Part shown: positions 8,907 through 16,906 of the stretch, one piece after another
Layout of the letters: each line of letters opens with the position of its first letter
Numbering within the stretch: the first letter of the stretch is position 1
Made by a program: the position numbers and the translations under genes
Notes under the pieces: model-generated
Database searches by the model: none
What the model was told of the DNA's origin: nothing
The model's input: the letters and a program-made list of their open reading frames with translations, nothing else
Assembly (NCBI GenBank): GCA_026396335.1
Contig: JAPLWZ010000016.1
Span: 1-25,978 of the forward strand
Length of the DNA: 25,978 nucleotides
From: Candidatus Micrarchaeota archaeon
GTDB taxonomy: Archaea > Micrarchaeota > Micrarchaeia > Anstonellales > Anstonellaceae
Direction of reading: 5' to 3'

Positions 8907-9806
8907 CTAGATTTTGAATTTCTCAGTTATGAATCTGCGGGAAGGAAGGGATTGCGCACCTTTCCGCAAGACCTTTGCAGCTGCAACCGCGTTTGCGAAC
9001 CGCACTGACTCGTAAAGCGAGCGCTTCTCTGTTATGCCTGCTATGAAGCCCGCGCAGAATGCGTCGCCGGCGCCAAGCGTGTCAACAGGAGTCACGTGGA
9101 ACGGCTCGACAGTGAAACTGTCCGCCTCCTTTGTCTTCACGATTATTTCCCTGCTCCCCTGCTTTATCACGCAGACAAGATTGTATTTTTTCGCAAGCTC
9201 CGCGGCTTTTGATTCCTCGCGGCTTCCAGTAATCGCGAAGAGTTCCTTCCTGTTTATTATGAGAAAATCGCAGCGCTTCAGTATTTCCGCAAGCTTTTTC
9301 TCGCCGAGGTGCGACGCAGCCCTGCCCGGGTCAAATGATATTGGAATGCCGGCCGCATTTGCGATTTTGCTTGCGGAATCGAGGAGATGGAGCGCGCAGC
9401 CGGACATGTGCAGGTGCTTTGCCTGTTTGATATATTCGGGGTCGATTGCGCGGCGCCGGTCTGCAACCCCGAAGTCTTCAATCACGCGCACTTCGCCTTC
9501 CGAGTCGATTATTATCACAGATAGGCCGCTCATGCCCCTGAATACTTTTACCTCGCGCGTGTCCACGCCGAGCCTTTTGAGGTCCGAGAGCAGGAACTTG
9601 CCGTGCCTGTCAGAGCCGACGCTTCCTATGCAGCCCGATGAAAAGCCGAGCTTGTGCAAATTCACTGCGACATTTGCCGCTGAGCCGCCGCCCGACACTT
9701 TCGGGTGCATGCGCATTACCGCCGTGTGGTCAGGCTCTGGAAATGCCTCGACATAGTTGCGTATGTCATATACCACGTGCCCGATTGTCACTATTTTGGG
9801 TTGCAT
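8907..9806 (-). CDS. PfkB/ribokinase-family carbohydrate or nucleoside kinase
   Basis: GGSAANVAVNL (PfkB signature 1) and VDTLGAGDAF (signature 2). Start set at MQPKIVTIG (9806) because the upstream extension overlaps the divergent gene. Confidence 0.9.
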   Translation of the reverse strand: MQPKIVTIGHVVYDIRNYVEAFPEPDHTAVMRMHPKVSGGGSAANVAVNLHKLGFSSGCIGSVGSDRHGKFLLSDLKRLGVDTREVKVFRGMSGLSVIIIDSEGEVRVIEDFGVADRRRAIDPEYIKQAKHLHMSGCALHLLDSASKIANAAGIPISFDPGRAASHLGEKKLAEILKRCDFLIINRKELFAITGSREESKAAELAKKYNLVCVIKQGSREIIVKTKEADSFTVEPFHVTPVDTLGAGDAFCAGFIAGITEKRSLYESVRFANAVAAAKVLRKGAQSLPSRRFITEKFKI

Positions 9807-9860
9807 AGTGAGGGATTGGTGAGCCGCAGATTTTAAACGTTGAGTAGGAAATTGCCCCAC

Positions 9861-10844
9861 ATGGCAGACGAACTCGAAGAGAAGCTGCAAGGGAAGCTCG
9901 GCGAAAAATACGATAGTAGTGTTGAAGGAAAGATTGCCGAGTTCGGGGGGCTTTTGACGAGAAGGGCCGCTATCAGGCTCCTTTGCAAGGAAAACGGCAT
10001 AGACACTGAAAAGAAAATCGTCCTTTCAGCCGCTGTTGCCGAGAGCCTGCCTTTTTCATTTTCAGGGAAAGTTGACAGGATTTTTCCTGTGCAGATTTTT
10101 GCCTCTGGCGAGCGCTGTGTTCGGCTGCACCTGTCAGATGTTGGAGGGCAGGGAACGCTCGTGCTTTGGGGCTCGCAGACCTCGCTCATTGATGGCGAAA
10201 TTTCAATCGGAGATGAGATAGAATGCAAGGGCGCATACGTCCGCTCGGGCGAAATCCACCTGGGGCGCGAGGGGAAAATAACCCATGCAAAAAAATTCCA
10301 AATTACACCGATTGGAAAGCTTGCTGCTGGCATTTGCAGCACGGAAGGAGAAGTGCGCGAAATATTTTTGGATTATGATTACACCGATAAAAAAACCGGC
10401 GCCGCGAAAAAGATGGCATCGTTCCTGCTATGCGCCAAGGGAAGCGAAAACTGCCTGAGAGTGGTCATGTGGTCCGCGCCCCAAGGCACGCCAAAGCCAG
10501 TTGAGGGTGATTTCCTTCTTCTCGAGAATGTTGTTTTCAAGAATAATGAGGCGCACTTCAACTCTTTTTCAAGAATGGTGAGGAAGGTCTCCGCGCAGGA
10601 AAAAACAGGTGAGATTGTTTCAGTGAACATGGATGTCGGCGGGGAGGGGGCCATTTTCAGGATAGGCAAGGAAAGTTTTGCGCTCCCGATTTCCGAGGCG
10701 CTGGCGCTCCTTGGGATAAAGAAAGTGCCTGAAGGCGTGGAGCCAGCCACTATTCTTGCCATCAAATCGGAAGGAATGAAAGGGAAAACTGCGCGCTACC
10801 GCCTCTCAGAAGGGAAAATTTGCTGGCTTGCGCTTCAGCAATGA
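9861..10844 (+). CDS. Replication protein A-like OB-fold ssDNA-binding protein (divergent)
   Basis: N-terminal KIAEFGGLLTRRAAIRLLCKENGI resembles the euryarchaeal RPA N-terminal helical domain, followed by two OB-fold-like segments (LHLSDVGGQGTLVLW; LRVVMW). Confidence 0.7.
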   Translation: MADELEEKLQGKLGEKYDSSVEGKIAEFGGLLTRRAAIRLLCKENGIDTEKKIVLSAAVAESLPFSFSGKVDRIFPVQIFASGERCVRLHLSDVGGQGTLVLWGSQTSLIDGEISIGDEIECKGAYVRSGEIHLGREGKITHAKKFQITPIGKLAAGICSTEGEVREIFLDYDYTDKKTGAAKKMASFLLCAKGSENCLRVVMWSAPQGTPKPVEGDFLLLENVVFKNNEAHFNSFSRMVRKVSAQEKTGEIVSVNMDVGGEGAIFRIGKESFALPISEALALLGIKKVPEGVEPATILAIKSEGMKGKTARYRLSEGKICWLALQQ

Positions 10845-10862
10845 AAGGGAAAAAATTAGGGG

Positions 10863-10892
10863 AAAGAAAAAAATAAATTAAAAAGAAAAAAA
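10863..10892 (-). terminator. T-rich terminator between convergent genes (pilin direction)
   Basis: 30-nt A-rich tract on + (oligo-T on -) starting 5 nt after the pilin stop. Confidence 0.5.
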
Positions 10893-10896
10893 CTGC

Positions 10897-11349
10897 TTAA
10901 GAAACCTTGCCGATGATGGTCTTTGAGGCGGCCTGGACCCCGGCAATGCTGTTGGTAGAATTGTAGTAAGCAGTTACATTAAACTCGAAAGAGGTGCCAG
11001 TTGCCTTTGCCCAGCCCGGCATGCTGTTTTCAATCGTCTTTTCCTCGCCCTGGACGAATGACGGGATGGATGTGCCGTTTGTGGCATTGCTGAAGACCAT
11101 CGTCATGCCGGTAACTGACGGCCCATTGTTGAGAACTCGAAGCTTCAGCGTGCCGGTTGAAGAAAGCGCATACTCCGTGATTGCAAACGGGCTTGCGCCC
11201 TTCCAGTAGGATTGCGACTGCGTTATTTTCGCGTCTGACGCGAGGCCCGGGAAGAACCCGAGAAGCGCGATTGAAACGAGCGCTATGATAAGAACTACTG
11301 CCAATAGCACCAGATATTCTGTTGCTCCTTGTCCGCGCATCTGAACCAT
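10897..11349 (-). CDS. Archaeal type IV pilin-like protein with class III signal peptide
   Basis: MVQMRG/QGATEY (Q+1, E+5) followed by the hydrophobic LVLLAVVLIIALVSIALLGFF; several N-x-S/T sequons (NAT, NGT, NVT, NST); GGAGG upstream. Confidence 0.88.
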   Translation of the reverse strand: MVQMRGQGATEYLVLLAVVLIIALVSIALLGFFPGLASDAKITQSQSYWKGASPFAITEYALSSTGTLKLRVLNNGPSVTGMTMVFSNATNGTSIPSFVQGEEKTIENSMPGWAKATGTSFEFNVTAYYNSTNSIAGVQAASKTIIGKVS

Positions 11350-11500
11350 TATATCGCCTCCTAATATTGATTTGGTTGAATTTGACTAATATTAGACTAA
11401 AATTTACAGCCAGGATATAAAAATGTTTCCTAGTTGGCGGAAGCAAATTATGTTCGGAATTGGGGGAATTGTTAAAAGAAGATGCTGCCAATTTGCACCT

Positions 11501-12886
11501 ATGAAACTATTTCCAATACTGCTCCTTGCAGCCATGATTTCGATTTCGCTTCTTGCGCACAATGCAAGCGCAGGCTACACTGAAACACTTACAGTGCAAG
11601 TGTTTGACCAGGACTTCAGGCCAGTGGACGGGGCGCTCGTTTATGTGGAATACCAGCTTAACGGGGTGCAGGGCAACATAAAGACCAAGCCGCACCCGAC
11701 AGACTCCACCGGCTACTATACGCTTGTGTTCACCGACTACGAGCAGATAGATGCCTCGTTGGACCGGACATACACCCTTTTTGTAAAATACGGCGGCCAA
11801 CTCGAAAAGGCAATCCTCACGGCAACCGATGGCGAAAAGAGAGTATACACCATGAGAGTGGACTCGTATTATGCGTTTGTGAAAGTGCACGACCAGAAGG
11901 GGCACCCCATAGCCGCGGATGTCACAATAAGCGGGGACAATTTTGATGCGGTGCAGAGAAAAACTGACGAAAATGGAAACGTGGGGTTCCAGCTGCCGCC
12001 TGGAAGCTACACGGTGAAAACAGAGTACAACGGAGTCGCAAAAAACAAGGACTTCAAGCTTTCAGCAGACCAGGCAATTGACATTTTATTTGGCGTTTAT
12101 TCGCTTGACGTAAAGGTCACGGACGACAGGAAAAAGCCGCTTGATGCGACTGTGGAAATAGGAACGCAATCTGCGCAGACAGACGCAAGCGGCATTGCGC
12201 ATCTTGTGAACATATCAGATGAAACCCCGTCAGTTGTGATAAAGTACGCTGACAGGTACAAGACATACCGGCCGGACCTGTCGCTTGGAACGACGCTTGA
12301 CGCAGTAATCGACATGACAAAGCCGGTGATAAAGGACCTGCACAGCACGGTCTCTGGAAGCGGCGGCGCCACTGTGACATTCTTTGTTGAGGATTCCGGA
12401 TCTGCCGCAAGTGGTGTGGACACTGTTTCAGTAAGCTATACCGTTGCAGGCGTGGAAACGCCCGTTCCGGCCTATACTGTCGGCTACAATACATTCGAGG
12501 CAAAAATACCCGCACAGGAGCCCGGCACACTTGTGAGATACAGCGTGAAGGTGGCTGACAAGGATGGCAATGCGGCTGTTGGCATGGAAAGCTACCTGGT
12601 TCCGGAAAGCGCGGCGATAGCCCCAACTCCAGTGCCAAAGCCAGTTCCACCCATCATTCCAACTACAACGGGCGGAGTGCCCACTGAGTTCATGGTGATC
12701 CTGGTAGTTGCAGGCTTGCTGGTTGTCTATGCAGTGTTCTACTACTTGAAGAGGAAGAAAGAGGAAGACATGGGAAGGGCGCAGATGCCATCCTCTGCCC
12801 AGCCATCAGCAGGGATGCAGCCGCCCTCGCTTGGCAACAAGCCGCCGGAAAAGCCCAGCGCGCCAATCACGCCGCCGAAGATTTGA
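11501..12886 (+). CDS. Membrane-anchored surface protein with carboxypeptidase-regulatory-like beta-sandwich repeats
   Basis: Signal peptide MKLFPILLLAAMISISLLAHNASA; repeated V.V.D....P..a.V.I / TD..G motifs; Pro-rich stalk, TM helix, KRKK and a Pro-rich cytoplasmic tail. Confidence 0.78.
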   Translation: MKLFPILLLAAMISISLLAHNASAGYTETLTVQVFDQDFRPVDGALVYVEYQLNGVQGNIKTKPHPTDSTGYYTLVFTDYEQIDASLDRTYTLFVKYGGQLEKAILTATDGEKRVYTMRVDSYYAFVKVHDQKGHPIAADVTISGDNFDAVQRKTDENGNVGFQLPPGSYTVKTEYNGVAKNKDFKLSADQAIDILFGVYSLDVKVTDDRKKPLDATVEIGTQSAQTDASGIAHLVNISDETPSVVIKYADRYKTYRPDLSLGTTLDAVIDMTKPVIKDLHSTVSGSGGATVTFFVEDSGSAASGVDTVSVSYTVAGVETPVPAYTVGYNTFEAKIPAQEPGTLVRYSVKVADKDGNAAVGMESYLVPESAAIAPTPVPKPVPPIIPTTTGGVPTEFMVILVVAGLLVVYAVFYYLKRKKEEDMGRAQMPSSAQPSAGMQPPSLGNKPPEKPSAPITPPKI

Positions 12887-12896
12887 AAAAGAATTA

Positions 12897-12909
12897 GTGC
12901 AGGGAGGGA
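12897..12909. repeat. att site: 13-bp duplicate of the tRNA-Leu 3' end (GTGCAGGGAGGGA)
   Basis: Identical to 18211-18223. On the - strand it is followed by TAATTCTTTTTC, the expected position of the original tRNA terminator. Confidence 0.8.
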
Positions 12910-13012
12910 AACCCAAGGATGATGCTTGGGTCTGACTGGATTTTGAGAGCTAGTCTACTCACCGGCACGGCACTTTGGAGAGCTTTTTAATCTTTATATG
13001 GTTTAAAGCGGC

Positions 13013-15973
13013 ATGAAGTCCAACGACGAGATAAAAACCCTTATTCTAGAGCTTCACTCCAAGCTAAACAGGCTTCCCAACAAGGATTCCGAGACTGAAA
13101 AAAAGGCGGAAGAATACCTTAGCCATCTTTTCGGAGCGCTCGGCTGGGACTGGCTCAGCGCGGAGGTAATACCGCAAAAAAGAGTACGGAGCGGCGGGAA
13201 GACTCGGCGGGTTGATTACGCCCTTAAGCGAACTGGTAGGCTCAAGCCGGATTTTTACATAGAAGTAAAGAAATTCTCCGAGGACGTTTACAATCCAGAG
13301 CACACAAGGCAGGCGCTGGAATACGGCAAGAACAGCGGCATCCGCTGGGTGGTACTGACAAATTTCACTGCCTGGCGGGTCTTCAACTCTGACTATTTCG
13401 AACACCCAAACGACGCAGAACTATTCTCTGGCTTCAATCTTTTGGACGCGGCAGTAGACCCGGAGAAGTTCAACTGGCTCATGCTTTTCTCAAGGGAGCA
13501 GGGCGGGCCAGCGCTTGACGAATACGCCAAAAAGCACAAGAAATGGCGGGAAAGCGAAAGCGTGGAGGAGCTGCTCTCGGAGCAGTTCATCAACACAAGG
13601 AAGAGCCTTGCAAATGCCATAAGGGAGCAGAACCGGGAACTCTTTGACCCTGAGCCAACGGATGAGGACGTTTCCGTCGACTCCTGCGTGCAGCATATTC
13701 TTGACCGCCTGATTTTCTGCCGCATGCTTGAGGACAACGGGATAGGCGACGGGTTCCGCATGGAGCAGTCATATGAGGAGTGGAAGAACGACAAGCGGGT
13801 GCAGTTCTACCGCGAGCATCTCGCCGAGTTCTGGATTAAGAAGATGCGCAAGAGGTATGACAGCACAATATTCGACAGCCACAGAATAGACGGCCTGACG
13901 ATCAAGAACGAGGATTTCGTCCCTATCTTCGAGTCATTCTACGTAAACCCAAAGACAAAGCTCCGCTACCGTTTCGAGGCAATCCCGACAGACGTTCTTG
14001 GGCATGCATATGAAAACTACCTTTCCTACAAGCTTAAGCAGACTGCCAAAAGGACGGGGCTTGAAAAGGAAATATACAAACGCAAGCAGAGCGGCATCTA
14101 TTACACGCCTGAGTTCCTTGTGGACCATCTGGTAAGGGCGACCCTCGGCGAAAAGCTGAAAGCCTGCAAAACGCCCTCCGACGTGCTGAAACTGCGCGTG
14201 ATTGACCCTGCCTGCGGCTCAGGCACCTTCCTTGTGCGCGCATTCGAGGAATTCAAAAGCTGGTATCTTACTCATGAGAAAAACGGGGGCGGCGAGCAGG
14301 CAAAGCTTGACATAGAGAATGACTCCGGGCTGACCACCTTCCTTGACCGCGTGCTTGAAAGCTGCATACACGGCATTGACCTTGACCTCCACGCGGTGCG
14401 GCTGACGAGATTGAACCTATTTTTACGGGCAATCGACACGCCCAACCAATTGCCTCGCCTAAAAATACTGCACAAGAATTCCTTAGTATGGGACGACGAC
14501 CTGCCGCTGCCGTTCAAAATGGAGCGCGACTTCCCGCTCGTTGCAGAGCAGGGCGGCTTTGATGTTGTGATAGGCAACCCGCCATGGGAGAAGTGGAAGC
14601 CAGACTCGCAGGAATTCTTCGAGGAATTCCACGAGGGCTTCAAGAGCCTGCCTACTAAAGAGGCAAAGAAAGTCATAGATGAACTTCTGAAAACCAGAAT
14701 AGGCATCAAGAAGAAATGGGAAGACAAGCTGCGCGAATATGAAACATACTCAGAACTTTATCGCCGCAATTACCAGTTTCAGTCTGCTGAAGCAGCAGGG
14801 AGACAAGTTTCTGGCGACCTTGACCTTTACAAAGTATTTACAGAAAGGGCATACCAACTCCTCAAGCCCGGCGGCTCCGCAGGGCTCGTAATCCCAAGTG
14901 GCATCTACACGGACTTGGGAGCAAAGGGCTTGCGGACAATGCTGTTCGACCACTGCCAGATAAAGGAACTTTACTCGTTTGAAAACCGAAAGTTCGTGTT
15001 TCAGGACATTGACCAGCGCTACAAATTTGTGCTTCTGAAATTCGAGAAAGGTGGCAAGACAAAATCCTTCCCCTGCGCCTTCTTCCTTTACAGCGACGAG
15101 GACTTGAAGAAAGCGATTGAAGCGCCAACTGTTCTTGAGGTGGAGTTCATCAGGCGCTCTTCACCAACCTCATGGAGCGTGCTTGAAATCAAGAGCGAAA
15201 AAGATAAGGGGATAGTAGAAAAACTCCTCAAAAATCCGAAAATAGGTGATGACAGAGATAGTTCTTGGTGCATAAAAATCCAGAGTGCATTTCATATGAC
15301 CAGTGACAGCCACCTTTTCCGCGAAGGAAAGCTTGGCGGAATCCCTCTGCTTGAAGGGAAGAACATAGAACATTTCACACATCAGTGGAAAGACAATCCG
15401 ACTCCACAATACACTATGGATGAGAAAGATGTTTATGCAAACCTCAAGACTGAGAATGTTTATCACAAGGGCTACTGGATGGCGTATCGTCTTATTGCAA
15501 GCTCTACGAATTATCGTACTTTCATTTCGACGATTGTTCCGCCCGGTTATGTTTGTGGGCATTCAATTGCTATTGTAAGGATGGAAAATTTGAAGGAACT
15601 TTGCTACCTTTGTGGGGTGATGAATAGCTTTGTGATTGACTATTTTATGCGTCAAAAGGTTAGTACAAACGTAACAATGTTCAACTTCCTTGAAACCCCT
15701 ATCCCGCGCATCTCATCCGGCAAGCTGTTTGACGAAATCGTAAAGAAGACCGCGCAGCTTGTGGCAATCACTCCTGAGTTCGACCAGCTCAAGAAGGAAA
15801 TTGGCATCTCCGCAGGCCTGAAAGATGAGAACGACAGGCTGCTGGCACGCGCACAGCTTGACGTGGCTGTTGCCAAGCTCTACGGCATCACAAAGGAGGA
15901 GCTTGCCTACATTTTGGAGAAGTTCCCGAAGGTGGATGCGAAACAGAAGGAGCTTGTGCTGAGGGAATATTGA
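13013..15973 (+). CDS. Fused type IIG/IIL restriction-modification enzyme (PD-(D/E)xK nuclease + N6-adenine methyltransferase + target recognition domain)
   Basis: N-terminal RVDYAL...FYIEVKK and WVVLTNF; GIYYTPEFLV; motif I VIDPACGSGTFL; motif IV VVIGNPPW; C-terminal TRD-like region ending ARAQLDVAVAKLYGIT.EEL. Confidence 0.9.
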   Translation: MKSNDEIKTLILELHSKLNRLPNKDSETEKKAEEYLSHLFGALGWDWLSAEVIPQKRVRSGGKTRRVDYALKRTGRLKPDFYIEVKKFSEDVYNPEHTRQALEYGKNSGIRWVVLTNFTAWRVFNSDYFEHPNDAELFSGFNLLDAAVDPEKFNWLMLFSREQGGPALDEYAKKHKKWRESESVEELLSEQFINTRKSLANAIREQNRELFDPEPTDEDVSVDSCVQHILDRLIFCRMLEDNGIGDGFRMEQSYEEWKNDKRVQFYREHLAEFWIKKMRKRYDSTIFDSHRIDGLTIKNEDFVPIFESFYVNPKTKLRYRFEAIPTDVLGHAYENYLSYKLKQTAKRTGLEKEIYKRKQSGIYYTPEFLVDHLVRATLGEKLKACKTPSDVLKLRVIDPACGSGTFLVRAFEEFKSWYLTHEKNGGGEQAKLDIENDSGLTTFLDRVLESCIHGIDLDLHAVRLTRLNLFLRAIDTPNQLPRLKILHKNSLVWDDDLPLPFKMERDFPLVAEQGGFDVVIGNPPWEKWKPDSQEFFEEFHEGFKSLPTKEAKKVIDELLKTRIGIKKKWEDKLREYETYSELYRRNYQFQSAEAAGRQVSGDLDLYKVFTERAYQLLKPGGSAGLVIPSGIYTDLGAKGLRTMLFDHCQIKELYSFENRKFVFQDIDQRYKFVLLKFEKGGKTKSFPCAFFLYSDEDLKKAIEAPTVLEVEFIRRSSPTSWSVLEIKSEKDKGIVEKLLKNPKIGDDRDSSWCIKIQSAFHMTSDSHLFREGKLGGIPLLEGKNIEHFTHQWKDNPTPQYTMDEKDVYANLKTENVYHKGYWMAYRLIASSTNYRTFISTIVPPGYVCGHSIAIVRMENLKELCYLCGVMNSFVIDYFMRQKVSTNVTMFNFLETPIPRISSGKLFDEIVKKTAQLVAITPEFDQLKKEIGISAGLKDENDRLLARAQLDVAVAKLYGITKEELAYILEKFPKVDAKQKELVLREY

Positions 15974-15990
15974 AATTTGAGAAGGCGAGT

Positions 15991-16332
15991 ATGATGTCTG
16001 ATCTTTGGATCACTTTCGTCCCAGATATTTACCTAAAGATGCTTCCAGCGCTATCACTAGTCGCTATAGGGTGGATGGTTGAAAAGCAAGTTGTTGGCCG
16101 AGTGACTACTTTTGCCAACGGTCTCGCAATCAATCTACACGTCTTACTTTTAACCAGCCCGCCAATGTGGTTTATCTGGTATGCAAATATAGGTTTTATT
16201 ATGGGGATTATTGGTATCTTTGCATATGGAAGCAGAACAAGCCTAAGTGGAACACTTGGCAAAATATACTACACGTTAAGCTGGGCGTATTGTTCCATCT
16301 TTGTTGGTTTCTTAATACTCGTCATTCATTAA
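15991..16332 (+). CDS. Small hypothetical integral membrane protein (~113 aa, about 4 TM helices)
   Basis: Four hydrophobic stretches; 17 nt downstream of and co-oriented with the R-M gene; ~35-43% GC in hand-counted lines. Confidence 0.65.
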   Translation: MMSDLWITFVPDIYLKMLPALSLVAIGWMVEKQVVGRVTTFANGLAINLHVLLLTSPPMWFIWYANIGFIMGIIGIFAYGSRTSLSGTLGKIYYTLSWAYCSIFVGFLILVIH

Positions 16333-16387
16333 CAACTGAGTATGGACACTTTATGAAAATAGTTTACCCCTAATTTTTCTCGCATTT

Positions 16388-16700
16388 TAAGCGGTGTTCA
16401 CCTGCCTTAAATCTATTTGGTTACATCATTTCGCTTACTCTCGCGCTTAATTTTTCCTGTAACATGCAAAACCTTGACAGTCGAAGAAAGATGCGCTTAT
16501 TCTGCGCTTAAAAGACGGTTGTGGCGTCCAAATGCGCTTAATTCTCAAGCTTTGCTCCCAGATAATATTTGCCTGCGCTCTCGCTTATTTTCGATTGAGC
16601 GTAAAGTTGAGCGTAATTTCTGGCTGCGCAAAAATTTCAGAGAGCTTAGCAAAAATTGAGCGTAAAACTGAGCGTAAATGCATGTTCTGGCTGCCAGAAC
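16388..16700. repeat. Array of 11 TRAGCG/CGCTYA short repeats in ordered pairs
   Basis: TAAGCG at 16388; CGCTTA at 16432, 16444, 16494, 16505, 16535, 16582; TGAGCGTAA at 16596, 16608, 16657, 16669. Confidence 0.85.
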
Positions 16701-16742
16701 AGCCTACTTCGTTGTTTTGTGTTTCTGAGAGTATTGTCTGTT

Positions 16743-16887
16743 ATTGCGCAGCTCCGCAGGTCATGTATACTGGAGCCGAAAGCTGCGCAAAGAACGGAGT
16801 TTGGATATGCAGTTCCAAGCAAGAATCAACGTTTGAGCTGCGGCAAGAAGTTTATATACGATTGCGCAGCTCCGCCTAGCTGCGCAA
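16743..16887. repeat. Two inverted-repeat pairs with identical 10-bp arms (TTGCGCAGCT / AGCTGCGCAA)
   Basis: Arms at 16744-16753/16781-16790 (27-nt spacer) and 16862-16871/16878-16887 (6-nt spacer); 15-bp direct repeat ATTGCGCAGCTCCGC at 16743 and 16861. Confidence 0.85.
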
Positions 16888-16890
16888 CTC

Positions 16891-16906
16891 AAAAAAAGAA
16901 AAGAAA
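16891..16906 (-). terminator. Oligo-T terminator of the integrase gene
   Basis: TTTCTTTTCTTTTTTT on - immediately after the integrase stop. Confidence 0.55.

Noticed and set aside
12934-12984. C-protein box upstream of the R-M gene (GACT...AGTC; GAGAGCT x2)
   Set aside because: The 14-bp spacer does not fit the GACT-N3-AGTC pattern and no controller gene is present.
13013-15973. BREX PglX, DISARM or type I R-M assignment
   Set aside because: The protein has its own N-terminal PD-(D/E)xK nuclease, and no brx, drm, hsdR helicase or hsdS genes are nearby.
16388-16887. CRISPR array
   Set aside because: Repeats are 6-15 bp with irregular or too-short spacers; no 23-47 bp repeat/spacer periodicity and no cas genes.
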